The notes: a model not told the origin generated them from the sequence alone. 64,000 nucleotides of DNA from Nitrospirota bacterium (GCA_963737155.1 CAVTRN010000001.1:352001-416000); one strand, 5' to 3'. Shown: positions 52,819-62,331, counted from the first letter of the stretch. Program-made: numbers and translations.

Positions 52819-53532
52819 TTGCAGTCACTGATATCCATCAGCTCAAATGAAAAAATTCGGAGTGAGCATATGATATGTACTTTTGACTATGATGGTGGAC
52901 TAATGCATTTTAAGAACCTTGATGCTCTTTACAATTTTCATGTATTTTCTCTTGCGTGGCGATTTAAAGACCTTGCGACAACGGACCCTTGGACAATGAG
53001 ATTGAATGCATTTAAGGAAAAAGACCCAAAAGCTGTAAATGCCGCGTGCTCCGTAATGCCTTACGCTGTTTCCAAACGTAACTGGCCTCAAAGAACATTT
53101 ACTATGGTATCGGCAATTCCATCTACAGAGGAAGTTCTTCCAAAAGCCAGCGGCCTGTTTCGATTGGGTAAGGCAATTTCATCAGCCGTCTCTTGGGAGT
53201 GGAAACCTGAAGCAGTCAATAAAAAACCACATAGACCCTTACACACTATCTACAACGCCCCTGAAAGAGCCGCAGAGATAGCGGGAAAGTATTCTATTGT
53301 TCATTCGATTACTACCGATTATGTCTGTATCCTCGATGACTTAATCACACGTGGCGACACTATGGCGGACATTGTACGAGCAATTAAGGAACATAATCAC
53401 AGAGTCATGGTTTTTGGCCTTGTCCTTGGCAAATCAGAAACTTACTCGTACGCAATAGACAATGGACATGAAATAAGTAATGACCATGTGCCAAGTGAAT
53501 ATGCAACCATGTGGGATAAAAATTATAAATGA
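52819..53532 (+). CDS. Phosphoribosyltransferase (ComF-like)
   Basis: AIPST, VCILDDLITRGDT PRPP-binding loop; true start may be ATG 52870 or 52903. Confidence 0.85.
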   Translation: MQSLISISSNEKIRSEHMICTFDYDGGLMHFKNLDALYNFHVFSLAWRFKDLATTDPWTMRLNAFKEKDPKAVNAACSVMPYAVSKRNWPQRTFTMVSAIPSTEEVLPKASGLFRLGKAISSAVSWEWKPEAVNKKPHRPLHTIYNAPERAAEIAGKYSIVHSITTDYVCILDDLITRGDTMADIVRAIKEHNHRVMVFGLVLGKSETYSYAIDNGHEISNDHVPSEYATMWDKNYK

Positions 53533-54476
53533 TTATGCAAAATCTGAGTCAAGATACTTATAGACTTTTAACATGGTTATGCCTCCCAAAAGTGGGAGTT
53601 GTGACCATCAGAAACATCGCTATGACTAGTAAGGTTCATTCATGGGACATAAATTTACTTAAAGAAAATAAAGTTTTGCCCAATTTTGACGATGGTCTAC
53701 TTAATGAAGCAAGAACAAAAGCTGATAATATATTAGATTCGTGCCGTGAGCACGAAATAGCAGTTATCTCTATTCTTGATGAGAGTTATCCTCCACTTCT
53801 AAAAAATATAAAGGATGCTCCCCCTCTCTTGTACGTTAAAGGCTCAATGAAATCACTTCACTCAAAATGTGCTGCTGTAGTGGGTACACGAAAGGCAAGT
53901 GAAGCAGGGCTAAAAATTGCGGGCAAGGTTGCTCATTCACTAGCTGAAAATGGTTATTCTATTGTAAGTGGACTTGCGCTTGGTATTGATACTGCTTCTC
54001 ATAAGGGGGTTCTCGAAATCTCTGGTATTACCATAGCCATACTTGCTCATGGTTTACACACAATTGCACCTTCATCAAATAAGGCCTTAGCGCAAGAAAT
54101 CCTCGACAAAAATGGGGCATTAATTTCTGAGCATCCACCAGGAACTCCTGCTCGTCCACCTGAGTTTGTTAGACGCAATAGAATTCAGAGCGGAATGTCG
54201 CTTTTCTCTGTGATTATTGAAACAGGTGAGGTTGGAGGCACAATTTATCAAGCTCAATTTACTAAGACCCAAGGGAAAGAAGTGTATGTCATTATTCCAC
54301 CAAATGACAATCCCATATATAATCAATTCAATTATTCTGGTGGCTGTATGATAATCGATAAAATGGGCGGGATAAAAGTTACTTCTACGATGGACTTACT
54401 AAACAAATTAAACGTGACAACTAATCAAGATAATTCTAATAACAATACACAAGACCAATTAGGATTTAATCTATGA
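53529..54476 (+). CDS. dprA: DprA/Smf-family protein (ShosA-like)
   Basis: YPPLLKNIKDAPPLLYVKG, AVVGTR, VSGLALGID, FVRRNRIQSG; no C-terminal winged helix apparent. Confidence 0.92.
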   Translation: MIMQNLSQDTYRLLTWLCLPKVGVVTIRNIAMTSKVHSWDINLLKENKVLPNFDDGLLNEARTKADNILDSCREHEIAVISILDESYPPLLKNIKDAPPLLYVKGSMKSLHSKCAAVVGTRKASEAGLKIAGKVAHSLAENGYSIVSGLALGIDTASHKGVLEISGITIAILAHGLHTIAPSSNKALAQEILDKNGALISEHPPGTPARPPEFVRRNRIQSGMSLFSVIIETGEVGGTIYQAQFTKTQGKEVYVIIPPNDNPIYNQFNYSGGCMIIDKMGGIKVTSTMDLLNKLNVTTNQDNSNNNTQDQLGFNL

Positions 54477-54955
54477 AAGTCGCAGGCATTCTGTTAGACT
54501 TAGATGGGACTCTTGTTGATACGAATGAGCTTGATGCATTGCGCCATAAGAAGGACTGGAGAGGATGTGTTGCTGGACTAAACAAGACCGTGGTATATGA
54601 TGGAATAAGTGATTTACTACAAAGAGCTTCTGAAAAAGGAGTCTGTATTGGAATAGTCACTACAAGTGTCTCATATTACGCTCAAGCTGTACTACGTCAT
54701 CATAATCTCAAATATGATGTCCTTGTTGCATATCATGACGCTAAACCAAAGCCAGCTCCAGACCCATACCTTCTTGCTATAAAAAAACTGAGCCTTACTA
54801 CGAACACTGTAATTGGAATTGGAGATACGACTGAAGATGCATTATCGCTCAATGCTGCCAAAATTATCGCAATAGGTGCTGGTTGGAGCAGCGTCCTTCA
54901 GAAGAATGCATCATGGGATAAGATTGCCGCTCATCCATCCGAAATTACTTTGTAA
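54473..54955 (+). CDS. HAD-family hydrolase
   Basis: LLDLDGTLVDT, IVTT, KPAPDP, GIGDT..D; ATGA overlap with dprA. Confidence 0.92.
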   Translation: MKVAGILLDLDGTLVDTNELDALRHKKDWRGCVAGLNKTVVYDGISDLLQRASEKGVCIGIVTTSVSYYAQAVLRHHNLKYDVLVAYHDAKPKPAPDPYLLAIKKLSLTTNTVIGIGDTTEDALSLNAAKIIAIGAGWSSVLQKNASWDKIAAHPSEITL

Positions 54956-55049
54956 TCCTGAGAAGGTTGAAACGCGGCACAATCCACCATCAACTTTTCC
55001 GAGTTTATCGACATTATAGACCTAGTGGAAATGAGTATTAAAGAACTGA

Positions 55050-55307
55050 ATGAAGATTGAGCTTGAACAAACCGATATTGATAGAATCGCCTCAGAAATA
55101 ACACAACGTGTTTTGGAGGGTTTAAAGTCCAGCATTGCAACAACCCTCCCTCATGAGGATACCATTTTAACCGTGAAAACATTAGCAGCATACTTGATGA
55201 CAACACCAAAATGGGTATACAGTCACGTCTATGAACTTCCGCATTTTAAAGTACATGGTCTGCTGAGATTTAATAAATCCGAAATAAATAAGTATTTAAC
55301 AAAATGA
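55050..55307 (+). CDS. Excisionase-like helix-turn-helix protein
   Basis: ILTVKTLAAYL..WVY..LPHFKV..LLRF.KSEI (HTH_17/AlpA-like). Confidence 0.8.
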   Translation: MKIELEQTDIDRIASEITQRVLEGLKSSIATTLPHEDTILTVKTLAAYLMTTPKWVYSHVYELPHFKVHGLLRFNKSEINKYLTK

Positions 55308-55721
55308 GCCGCTTCAGGATTCAGTGTCGGTAACCACAATGGGTAGAATCGCCGACTTTCGGCCCCTTATGGGGAAACCCATTGAGACTCCTGGCCATTT
55401 CTCCTTAAGGGCAAGTTTTTATGTATTACCGTGGGTGCTATATTTTGGGGCTACCTACACTCGTTCCGGAAGGACCAACAATGAATAATAAGTAAGAAAA
55501 ATCGTTTACACTCACGCCGTTGCTTTGAAAACCGCTAGGAGGTCAGATACCTAATGCCCCTCTCTTTAATCTCATTCGCGAACCTACTCGGCATCCCCGT
55601 TGCGATTTCACACACCGCACGTTCTCACTCTCCCCTGTTCCTGAGAAGCCAACATGGGAAAAGGCTGTGGGCGAGAAGGGGAAAGATGAGAAAGTTATAA
55701 ATAAAAGGAGGGCAAATTAGC

Positions 55722-56558
55722 ATGGCAAAAGGCGATGAGCGATGCTACTCCGACTATGTTCCTGATAAATTACCTTCTCAACGGCTTCTGCTGGATAAGT
55801 TGGAAGAATTAGGGAAGGAGAAAGGAAATTCTCGTATTCTGACAACTGCAAGTGTAGGGGTTCCCGTTACTATCTTTTTACTTGTTATTAGAGAAGCGAT
55901 TGAAGCTTTATGCAAGGAACAGAGTGAACTAATAGCGTCTCATTATGTTATTGTGGGATATTCTTCATCTCAGGTACAAGAAAAATTTAACCTTAACATA
56001 AACGGAATGTTCCCAGACATTCCTCAAAATACACGGTGGGAACTCAGCACTCCTTGGACAACTGCTAAAACTCCTGCCGTATCTGGGTGTCACATGATTG
56101 AAACGGTTTATCTTTTAAAACCAAATCCATCGCCTGACTTCCCATTAAACGTTGCTCTCAGTTCACCCCTTTCTGGCGTAACAGCATACAAGAATGTCTT
56201 GCGAATTGAAAACCCTGCCAGTGAAAAACGCCCTCTGATTAACGTATTCAAACCAACTTTTATCTGTTTGGAATCTTTTTATGCATTGAATGAACGACTC
56301 GAAGCGGAAATCAATGCCTTTTGCAAAGTCACGAAAGTCACAATGGCAAGACTTTCAGTGCCATCGACCTTTGATGCGATGTGCAGACGCAGAGGCAATT
56401 TAACACATGACGGGAATCTCGCAATATTTATCGAGCCAGAAACCTCAATTATCTACTTAGGAGATGATAATTTAGTTGATTCGATGAAAGCTGCATTGGA
56501 GGAGGCTTGTGTATTTTCGGAAAGCATATACTCCTCAATGTTGAATTTTTATAGATGA
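55722..56558 (+). CDS. Hypothetical protein
   Basis: 278-aa ORF with AAGGAGG RBS; no recognised motif. Confidence 0.7.
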   Translation: MAKGDERCYSDYVPDKLPSQRLLLDKLEELGKEKGNSRILTTASVGVPVTIFLLVIREAIEALCKEQSELIASHYVIVGYSSSQVQEKFNLNINGMFPDIPQNTRWELSTPWTTAKTPAVSGCHMIETVYLLKPNPSPDFPLNVALSSPLSGVTAYKNVLRIENPASEKRPLINVFKPTFICLESFYALNERLEAEINAFCKVTKVTMARLSVPSTFDAMCRRRGNLTHDGNLAIFIEPETSIIYLGDDNLVDSMKAALEEACVFSESIYSSMLNFYR

Positions 56559-56559
56559 T

Positions 56560-56679
56560 ATAAAAGACATTGATGAGGGTGAAGAGCTAACTGCTAATTA
56601 CAATACATATAACGAATGGGCAGATGGAGAAAAACCCCCGTACCTCATAAAAGGAGAACCCGATGCCATTAAAAGATGA
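56560..56679 (+). pseudogene. SET-domain C-terminal remnant
   Basis: Start-less frame IKDIDEGEELTANYNTY.. matches the SET motif (R/K)DIxxGEELTxxY. Confidence 0.55.
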
Positions 56680-57115
56680 TATAAAGAAAGAGTTGCGAAG
56701 TCTGCATTTGGCAAATATTCACGGAAAAGACGAACGATATAAATCAGACTCGATAGTAACTATCCTTTTATCTGAGGAATATCAAGCACAACGTTTGGGT
56801 AAACAGAATAAAATAATCTTAGGCATAAATATATTTGGGTGGAATCCTGAGTTTGACGATATTATCGTTAAAGATGATTTTGATACGATATTCATCGAAG
56901 TTAAATATCTAAGGAATAATAAAGAAGGATACAGATATACCGAAGCCTTGTCTCAATCAATGAATTTGAAGAATTATATTCGTAGTAATAATATTAACGG
57001 ACATGTGTTAATATTACTTTTATGCTCTATAGACAAAACATCATTAAACAGTGCTGAGTTATTGTTAGCTCAGCAATGTTCAATGTCTCGTCATGATATT
57101 ATAATTGTTCGGTAG
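56663..57115 (+). CDS. PD-(D/E)xK nuclease-like protein
   Basis: EFDDIIV..IFIEVK..ALSQ pattern; AAGGAG RBS. Confidence 0.6.
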   Translation: MPLKDDIKKELRSLHLANIHGKDERYKSDSIVTILLSEEYQAQRLGKQNKIILGINIFGWNPEFDDIIVKDDFDTIFIEVKYLRNNKEGYRYTEALSQSMNLKNYIRSNNINGHVLILLLCSIDKTSLNSAELLLAQQCSMSRHDIIIVR

Positions 57116-57183
57116 GATAGTCAAAATATGGGGAACTCGAGTTCCCGAACAAGTCACAGATACCCAATGGAGTTCAGCTTAAT

Positions 57184-57573
57184 ATGCTAAACAAAGTTCT
57201 CATTGTCGATGATTCCGAGCCGCTCCACCAGAATTACAAGGTTTCTCTGAAGCGGTACAAGTGCGAGGTAATCACTGCATTAAGCCGAGAGGATGGGCTG
57301 AAAATGCTGACCGAGAACTCCGGAGTGAGTTTAATTTTTGTCGATATGAACATGTCACTGTCTCGAATTAGCGGGATTGAATTTATTAAGAAGGTTAAGG
57401 AACAGGAAGCCTATGCCAACATCCCGGTTGTTATCGTAACTACGAGAGGTAAGAGCTATACAGAGGATGCCCGTAATTGGGCAGATGGGAATTTAGTAAA
57501 AGCGTTTACGTCAATTGAACTTCATTCAGTAGTCGAGAAGCTGTTTCCTGAAGCTGTGTCTGCTTTAATCTGA
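57184..57573 (+). CDS. Orphan CheY-like response regulator
   Basis: VLIVDDS, FVDMNM, VTT, VKAF. Confidence 0.85.
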   Translation: MLNKVLIVDDSEPLHQNYKVSLKRYKCEVITALSREDGLKMLTENSGVSLIFVDMNMSLSRISGIEFIKKVKEQEAYANIPVVIVTTRGKSYTEDARNWADGNLVKAFTSIELHSVVEKLFPEAVSALI

Positions 57574-58020
57574 AAAGGTCGGGGCAAAATTTATTTTCCG
57601 GATTTTTTGAACGGGTCTGCTAAATTGTTTGGCTACGTTTTGGGAATAATCGGCTCTTACCCTACCCAAAAATCATTCTTAAAAGTGAGAAAGCATCATG
57701 TACCGCATGGGTACCCAAAGCACTTTATGGCTTTCGTGAACGGTTCCATCTAGCCCCTTTCCTATATCTGAAACAAGCCGCCGTTACCTTCTCCTTACCT
57801 CTGTACCCTTCTTCAACTAGGCTGCTGTAAACAACAACACGGCAACACGGCTAACCTACTGATTCTCCGCTCAAGACAATTTGCGAGGGATTATATTGGG
57901 AATTGAGAAGGGCACAACGGGGATAGCGAGGGCTATAGATGGAGGATATATTCTGCTGCTCAAAACCGAACATATCATTAATTATGAGCATGTACTAATG
58001 GAGTGTTAGAGTCCTTATTT

Positions 58021-59766
58021 TCAAAAGAGTCTACCAGACTCTACCATGAATGCTTGTCTTTGTTTTTCTGATAATGCTTCATTTAATGCTATAAGCTGTT
58101 GGCGAAAATGTACTGCATCTTGAGGGCTCTTTCTTATAATAACGAATTTGGCAATTTCAATCTTCTCCATTTTATGCCTATCCACAGATAATGGGAATGA
58201 TGCGTCTACTGGTTTTCTGAGGATTAAAAATCCTTTTTTGCTTGCCTCAGTAATTACCTCTGTCGATAAGTATCGCTCAATTCCCGTAAAACTTACATCA
58301 AGCTCTGTATTTACATATGATGTTGACCACTGTAAGACATCTGATGTAGGGTGTGAACTTAATAATTGCCTGATTTCGTTTATCACTTTAGATGCCGATT
58401 CATTCCAATCAATTAAAACAAAAACTGGTGCCTTTAATGAACGACTCTTCAAAATATCATTGTTTATTCTTAAATATTTTTTTAGCCCCTCGACACCTTC
58501 GAGAGTACCACATGATATGGTTTTAATATCTTGTATTTCCCAAGGACAAGCAATTTTTAATAAAGAATAGGCAAAACTTACGAGCAGCTTGTCTGATAGA
58601 CCTTCAACGATTAACAATGGTTTAGGTGCCCCAAATAATAGTGGAGGAACATAAGCCGATACACCAAGTTGAACTGACTCGTCAAGCAATTTTCTTGCTT
58701 CTTTTTCTTCAACGGCTGTTTTTCCGCTCCTTAATTGGCAAAGCATTCCATGCTGCGCATACCTAACGAATACATCGCTATGTGTTGTGCAAAAGGTCTG
58801 AAATCTAGATATGGTTGATTTACCCGTATCAGACAGAAGATTTGCAACGCTATATTCTAAATCCTTATGCAAAAAAGATTCTGGTTCTTCGATTGCCCAA
58901 ATAGTAGCTTGGTGCCATCCAAACTTCGATGAAAATCTGGAGTCAAGATATTTCAAAACCAATAAAGTCAACAAGCTCTGTATGCCTGAACCGTGAAATA
59001 AGGCGTTAATATTTTCGCTCCCATGGACCTGCAACCTCGGAGCAAAACTAAATAGCAACTCTCCCAAATCAGACGGTATTGATAAATCAGCATTGTCAAT
59101 ATCAGGCACAGCTTTTTTTAGCTCAGACATGATAGGATTAACAAATTCTTTTGACAATTTTCTAAGCTCAGAAAATATTTGTTCTTGCTGTTGTTTGGCT
59201 ACACTTTTTGACCTATGCAATTTAGATAGTAGTTCTGTCTGAATCGCACGTTGTTCGTCTTGCAAAATGGTTGATGGATGAATGTGATTCGGTATGTATC
59301 TAAATTTTATTAATGCCAGAAACTGTCTTATGCGGTCTTCATCACCTGCAATTGCTATCATTTCATCATCATTGCCTTTTTTATATTGAATCGCCAACTT
59401 ATAATTCTTCTCTAAAGGTTCTGACGGCAAAGTCCAAGTCTTCGTAATGGAAAAATCTGTTCCCAACAAATCTTCTAGACCCTTTTTAACAGTTCTTGGA
59501 AAACTGAAGTTATCTGGTAATTTAAAGTGAATTGTCACGCTTATTCGTTTCTTCTTACTTCGTGATGGATTATGAAAATCCTCGTACATATTAAGGGGCT
59601 TGTTAGGTTCTGTTTCATTATTAAAAAACAAGTTGAGTGCTCTCAGAATGTTGGACTTGCCACTGTTATTCTGCCCAATGATTGGAAGATAACCTGACGA
59701 TACTGGGATATTTGCCGATGAAATCGACCTAAAGTCCTTTATTACTATTTTTTCAATAATTTTCAT
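58021..59766 (-). CDS. OLD-family ABC-ATPase + TOPRIM nuclease
   Basis: FRSI, GQNNSGKS (Walker A), HGSG, IEEPESFLH (Walker B), TTHS, TOPRIM IVEGLSD..LIDWN. Confidence 0.85.
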   Translation of the reverse strand: MKIIEKIVIKDFRSISSANIPVSSGYLPIIGQNNSGKSNILRALNLFFNNETEPNKPLNMYEDFHNPSRSKKKRISVTIHFKLPDNFSFPRTVKKGLEDLLGTDFSITKTWTLPSEPLEKNYKLAIQYKKGNDDEMIAIAGDEDRIRQFLALIKFRYIPNHIHPSTILQDEQRAIQTELLSKLHRSKSVAKQQQEQIFSELRKLSKEFVNPIMSELKKAVPDIDNADLSIPSDLGELLFSFAPRLQVHGSENINALFHGSGIQSLLTLLVLKYLDSRFSSKFGWHQATIWAIEEPESFLHKDLEYSVANLLSDTGKSTISRFQTFCTTHSDVFVRYAQHGMLCQLRSGKTAVEEKEARKLLDESVQLGVSAYVPPLLFGAPKPLLIVEGLSDKLLVSFAYSLLKIACPWEIQDIKTISCGTLEGVEGLKKYLRINNDILKSRSLKAPVFVLIDWNESASKVINEIRQLLSSHPTSDVLQWSTSYVNTELDVSFTGIERYLSTEVITEASKKGFLILRKPVDASFPLSVDRHKMEKIEIAKFVIIRKSPQDAVHFRQQLIALNEALSEKQRQAFMVESGRLF

Positions 59767-60094
59767 TTTTTAGTACCCCATTACAAGCAAGTGGCGTTGA
59801 TGGTTCATCATAAAAAAAGGAACCCCATGTACGGAGTCCCTTCCCATTTTCAGTTCAAAACAGAAATTATTTCTTTACTTAATTCCCAAAGGCTTTTTAT
59901 AATAGTAACCATAAGCAAAGCTCTATTCAGCCTTCTTTCTGTTCTGTCCTCATTTAACGATTCAAAACTTGTTTTTTGTGATTTACATTTCCTTGTCCTT
60001 TTCAAGAAATTGAAGCCTTCCTGTCACATAGCAGTAGAATACTGAAGAGATAACCAGATGTCAAGAATAGAAATAATCATGATATAATTTGTTC

Positions 60095-60196
60095 ATGTGT
60101 GGACGCTTTGACATACACAGTTCAATCGAAATAATCGTGCAGATATTCCAAATCGACTCCATGACCTTCAACATTGTTCCAATTGACAATGACTGA
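60095..60196 (+). pseudogene. Truncated SRAP (YedK/HMCES) 5' end, 33 codons
   Basis: MCGRFDIHSSIEIIVQIFQIDSMTFNIVPIDND*; MCGR(F/Y) is the SRAP N-terminal signature; extended -10 TGATATAAT 6 nt upstream. Confidence 0.7.
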
Positions 60197-60860
60197 CAAT
60201 CAGACAAATACAAAGCAACGTGCTATGTTAGTAGGAGCTACAGGACTTGTAGGGCAGAATATCCTTCACCTACTTGTTCAGGATAGCACAATAGGTGAGA
60301 TTCGTGCTCTGACAAGACGTTCATTGCCGCCTGATGACAAATCCCCTGTGGTCAAGGAACTAATCGCTGATTTTGAACGGCTACAGGACCACCCCGAATG
60401 GTTTGACGTTGATATGGTCTTCTGCGCTCTTGGTACCACAATAGCTAAGGCAAAGACACAGGCGGCATTCAAACATGTTGATTACGATTATCCCCTTACA
60501 GTTGCCAAACTTGCTCGCTCACAGGGTGCCCGTCAATTCCTTCTGGTGAGTGCCATTGGTGCAAATCCCCGCTCCAGGTTCTTTTATAATAGAATCAAGG
60601 GTGAGTTGGAAGACGTCATCCTGACACTTGGGTATCCTTCTGTTACGATAGCTCGTCCGTCCATGCTACTGGGCAACCGACAGGAATACCGGCTTGGGGA
60701 ACATATCGCCAAGAAGATAACCTGGCTCTTTCCATCATTTTTGGCAGGTGTACAGGCTTCTCAGGTAGCATCTGCATTGGTACAGGCTTCACATCAGTCT
60801 ACGGTGGGCTTGACTATTCTTGACAATAGAACGATGCGTTCAATTAAAATGGAGGGATAA
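60189..60860 (+). CDS. NAD(P)H-binding oxidoreductase (TIP30/YraR-like atypical SDR)
   Basis: VGATGLVG, FCALGTT, VDYDYP, VSAIGA, YNRIKGELE, RPSMLLG; start ATG 60189. Confidence 0.88.
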   Translation: MTDNQTNTKQRAMLVGATGLVGQNILHLLVQDSTIGEIRALTRRSLPPDDKSPVVKELIADFERLQDHPEWFDVDMVFCALGTTIAKAKTQAAFKHVDYDYPLTVAKLARSQGARQFLLVSAIGANPRSRFFYNRIKGELEDVILTLGYPSVTIARPSMLLGNRQEYRLGEHIAKKITWLFPSFLAGVQASQVASALVQASHQSTVGLTILDNRTMRSIKMEG

Positions 60861-61148
60861 ATGACGAAGGCAATGACCAAATCGCAGTTGGTAGCAAAGG
60901 TAGCGGAGAAAGCATCTCTTTCAAAGAAGGCAGCGGGTGAGATACTCGATTTCATCGCAGAAACCGCTTATAAAGAAGCAAAGAACACCTTCGCGCTTCC
61001 TGGCCTCGGCAAGCTCGTACTTGTTCATCGTAAAGCCCGTGTGGGCAGGAACCCCGCAACAGGTGAGACCATACAGATAAAGGCAAAGAAGGTTGTCAAA
61101 TTCAGGGTTGCCAAAGCTGCCAAGGATGCCATCCTCGGCAAGAAGTAA
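60861..61148 (+). CDS. hup: HU DNA-binding protein
   Basis: MTKSQLV..VAEKA, PGLGK, ARVGRNPATGETIQIKAKKVVKF. Confidence 0.93.
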   Translation: MTKAMTKSQLVAKVAEKASLSKKAAGEILDFIAETAYKEAKNTFALPGLGKLVLVHRKARVGRNPATGETIQIKAKKVVKFRVAKAAKDAILGKK

Positions 61149-61174
61149 TCATACCCACTTTGTTCTGTTATCCC

Positions 61175-61205
61175 AAGCCCATTCCCAACCGAGTGGGCTT
61201 TTTTC
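61175..61205 (+). terminator. Rho-independent terminator after hup
   Basis: AAGCCCATTC-loop-GAGTGGGCTT followed by a T-tract. Confidence 0.75.
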
Positions 61206-61351
61206 AGGCGCGACCATAGCTGCCTCATCCGGTAATTTACAATAGGTGTCATCAGGCATTCTGCGCACCCGCATCCTACAAATCAAATTCCGATGAATTG
61301 GTAAGAGAGGTAAGTAAAATTGCTTTTAAAACGAATAATGAAGAACTTAGC

Positions 61352-61849
61352 TTATTGTATTGAATAAACGGTGGCTAAAAAGAATACAGTACCTGCAAAA
61401 CTGTCTGCTGTGTTGGTATATATATCTTTCAGGTACAATAAACCATTATTAACTGAATCTTCAAATTTATTAATATCTGCTTGAACTCCGGCATATTTTA
61501 ACTCAAATGACTTTCCATCAGCCGATAAAGCAAATTGTGCAACAAAAACAATTTCATTTATACCAAATTTCTTATTAAAATCTGATACAACCTCGGCTGT
61601 TGCAAATCCGGAACCAATCAGCTTATCTATTGGAATGGTGCCTTTGAACTCAACAATCTTTCTCTTTTGAGAGTCCTCAAAATTTCCCCATTCTTTCTTG
61701 GTGAAATACTTGTAACCATCAAATGCATTACCCACGGTAACGGTTTCGTCCATTTGAATCGTACCATTTTTTACAAGGGCAATTGGATTTTTCGTGCATC
61801 CTGTCATTACCGCTGAAACTAATACCGCCATAACAAATATTCTTCTCAT
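61352..61849 (-). CDS. Hypothetical lipoprotein
   Basis: MRRIFVMAVLVSAVMTGC lipobox; GGAGG RBS before ATG 61849. Confidence 0.8.
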   Translation of the reverse strand: MRRIFVMAVLVSAVMTGCTKNPIALVKNGTIQMDETVTVGNAFDGYKYFTKKEWGNFEDSQKRKIVEFKGTIPIDKLIGSGFATAEVVSDFNKKFGINEIVFVAQFALSADGKSFELKYAGVQADINKFEDSVNNGLLYLKDIYTNTADSFAGTVFFLATVYSIQ

Positions 61850-62259
61850 GGGCAATTCCTCCATACGAGATAAAAGGCACTTGTGTAGCCAAATGTTAGT
61901 TGCCAAATAACGATTCATATGTACGCATAACGAATTATAGCAAATATTAAACAACGGAGGCGAGATAACATCAATGATACTATATTACAGCTACTATAGA
62001 AAACCGCAAAAGTAATGCAACGGCATTTCATCGTTCTATGCCGTGTTTACGAGCTTTTCGCAGTAGCAATGTGTTGCATTACTTATGTTGCTTTCTATAA
62101 TTAGTCAACTTCGCAAGCATTATACTTTTGGTTGCAATTTACTTAATGATTAATAGGATAGCTTAACTCTCATTTGATGTACATTTCTTTATATAACTAA
62201 ATACAACCTCCCCAAAACTACTCCACTTCTGCTATCATTATCAGCATCAGGTGCACTCC

Positions 62260-62331
62260 ATGTGCGGACGCTTCGACATACATTCAGCAACTATTGATTG
62301 GTGGTTCGATACTAAGGAGGTATTGAAATGA
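62260..62331 (+). pseudogene. Second truncated SRAP 5' end, 23 codons
   Basis: MCGRFDIHSATIDWWFDTKEVLK*; its stop overlaps the next gene's start (ATGA). Confidence 0.6.

Noticed and set aside
55337-55384. Hammerhead ribozyme
   Set aside because: GUA and GAAAC are present, but the CUGANGA core is absent on both strands.
58021-62100. Retron (OLD effector plus inverted-repeat ncRNA) or Gabija
   Set aside because: No reverse transcriptase or UvrD helicase in the window, and the inverted repeat is over 2 kb from the OLD gene with other genes between.
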